DNA of 63,930 bases, counting the filler, from Reticulomyxa filosa (lineage: Eukaryota; Protista; Foraminifera), in the NCBI GenBank assembly GCA_000512085.1. It is 26 parts of 26 records of this genome, joined end to end, with 100 filler letters (N's around TTAATTAATTAA, not from the genome) between each part and the next. Parts side by side here need not be neighbours in the genome. Positions count along the whole stretch, not along the records: positions 54,824 to 62,590 come from ASPP01011530.1; positions 62,691 to 63,930 come from ASPP01043418.1; 24 more parts are not named here. The stretch is one strand, 5' to 3'. Position numbers and translations under genes: made by a program. Below, piece by piece: positions 62,508 to 63,930 of the stretch (its first letter is position 1; every line of letters starts with the position of its first letter). Below the pieces are notes generated by a model. It saw nothing but the letters and a program-made list of their open reading frames with translations, made no database searches and was not told the origin of the DNA.

Positions 62508-63930
62508 CTTTTTTTTATTGTACGTGCAAAAAAAAAAAAAAACATTATTATGCATATAATGTGTATATGCATATGTAACATGTAAACATANNNNNNNNNN
62601 NNNNNNNNNNNNNNNNNNNNNNNNNNNNNNNNNNTTAATTAATTAANNNNNNNNNNNNNNNNNNNNNNNNNNNNNNNNNNNNNNNNNNNNTTTTATGCTA
62701 AGTATTCACCAATTTGTTAACACCAGTTATATACCGTTCCAAATATATTTTCTTCTACAAAAAAGAAATATACTAACTTTGTAATATTAGCAAGCATAAC
62801 AAATTTCTCCATTGCTTATGAAACGAAAAGTTTTCTTTTGTGTGGGGTCCTCGCAAAAATCCCCATTTTGATACTTACTTTTAAATATCAGTTACATTTA
62901 AAAATAATTCATTCAATAATATCATTATTATTTAACTCGTATTGCTAATAAAAGAGATTTTTAAACTGAATCAAACCAAGTGTTTTACATAGCAACTTGA
63001 AACCTTTAGTAATTTGAACAGTGCAGAGACTGTTTCATTGACAACAATCGAGCAGAATCAAAATTTTATTTATAATTAGATTTGCGAGTCGTATTTGTAT
63101 CTTGACGTGCCAACGATATGCTATTGTGCTGTTGTTCTCCAAGTAATCAGAAAATGTCTTGCAAGTGGTAACAAGAAAACTATTCTTATTATCGTTCTAT
63201 ATTTCTTTGTGAAGCGACCATTCTTTGCAATTAAATGAAAATCTTTCTTAACTTTTGATACTTTTAGAAATACGAATTTTTTTGGAACTGGCCACCTTTT
63301 ACTCTGTTTTTAAAAAGTTTTGTATAAAGGATCATTTTTTAAAAGATAGGGTTTCTTAAAACAACTTTTTAAAAAACAATGTAACAATTGCATTAAAGTG
63401 CTTTCTTATGTTTACGTTGAACAAAATCAAAATAAGGAATTTATTCTCTCTTTTTTAAAGAGAATAAGGACTGGGAAAGATGCTCGGTATAAAAAATGAT
63501 AATATCAATAACTCCTGATCAACACCTAGCTTGCTCGCTACAACATGGTACATCTAGCAAGAGCAACTCATTCTTTTTGTATGACCTGAACTTGAAGGAA
63601 TGATTGGATCAGAATATCCTTTACGAATTTGGTGAAAGGAAAATAAGGTACGACATGTCGTTGCGGACGTCTAATAGTCAGAAAAGAGAGTATTGTGATG
63701 GCAGCTCAGCACCAGAAGCAAAGCTGTCCAAATGGGCTATTAAAAAAGAAATTATGTGAAATTAAAGAACGGAAATCATATGTGCAAATCGATATCAAAT
63801 AAACAGGTTAGGACTACTATTTGTTGTTGTTTAAAACATCTCTAAATTTTGATATGTGACACTTATGCTAGATGACAGTGACAGAAACTCTAGTATAATC
63901 CAGCAAAAAAGTGCCAAGTGAAAAAAAAGA

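Noticed and set aside
6616-62690. Regularly recurring TTAATTAATTAA palindrome separated by unique sequence (CRISPR-like or regulatory repeat)
   Set aside because: Always embedded in exactly 44+44 Ns: an artificial six-frame-stop linker. ORFs ending in X..LIN or X..N are artefacts, and cross-linker gene clusters are not real.
62691-63930. Possible retroelement coding remnant near 63480-63800
   Set aside because: Slightly higher GC, but no RT, RNase H or integrase motif is recognisable in any frame.

Overview
This is not one continuous locus. It is 26 short eukaryotic contigs joined by 25 identical 100-nt artificial linkers (N44-TTAATTAATTAA-N44), so gene neighbourhood means nothing across a linker. 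The DNA is very AT-rich and has short spliceosomal introns full of poly-T/poly-A and (TA)/(TACA) microsatellites. It encodes poly-Asn/Gln/Ser proteins, expanded WD40/TPR/zinc-finger families and many decayed gene copies. This pattern most resembles a foraminiferan (Reticulomyxa-like, Rhizaria) draft assembly; that assignment is inference, not verified. Recognisable genes, mostly partial: FH2 formin, UBR-family E3 ligase, CCR4-family deadenylase, PI3K (RBD + C2), ALG1 mannosyltransferase, 2OG-Fe(II) dioxygenase, DnaJ, OSCA/TMEM63 channel, and RCC1-, SH3-, TPR- and WD40-domain proteins. There is also an Hsp60 fragment and a dead Tc1 (DD34E) transposon with its right TIR. The most unusual items are: (1) a paralogous family of RING/TRAF-zinc-finger + coiled-coil + glycine-rich proteins; (2) a decayed voltage-sensor/PTEN (VSP/TPTE-like) gene with the P-loop Arg replaced by Leu and no S4; (3) a BACK domain fused to an MBT/chromo-barrel-like domain; (4) a nested array of an LTR-like TGTAG...TATTACA element, also present on another contig; and (5) atypical intron architecture (GTTTT donors, A-tracts before acceptors, self-complementary introns). 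There is no evidence of CRISPR arrays or any prokaryotic system.
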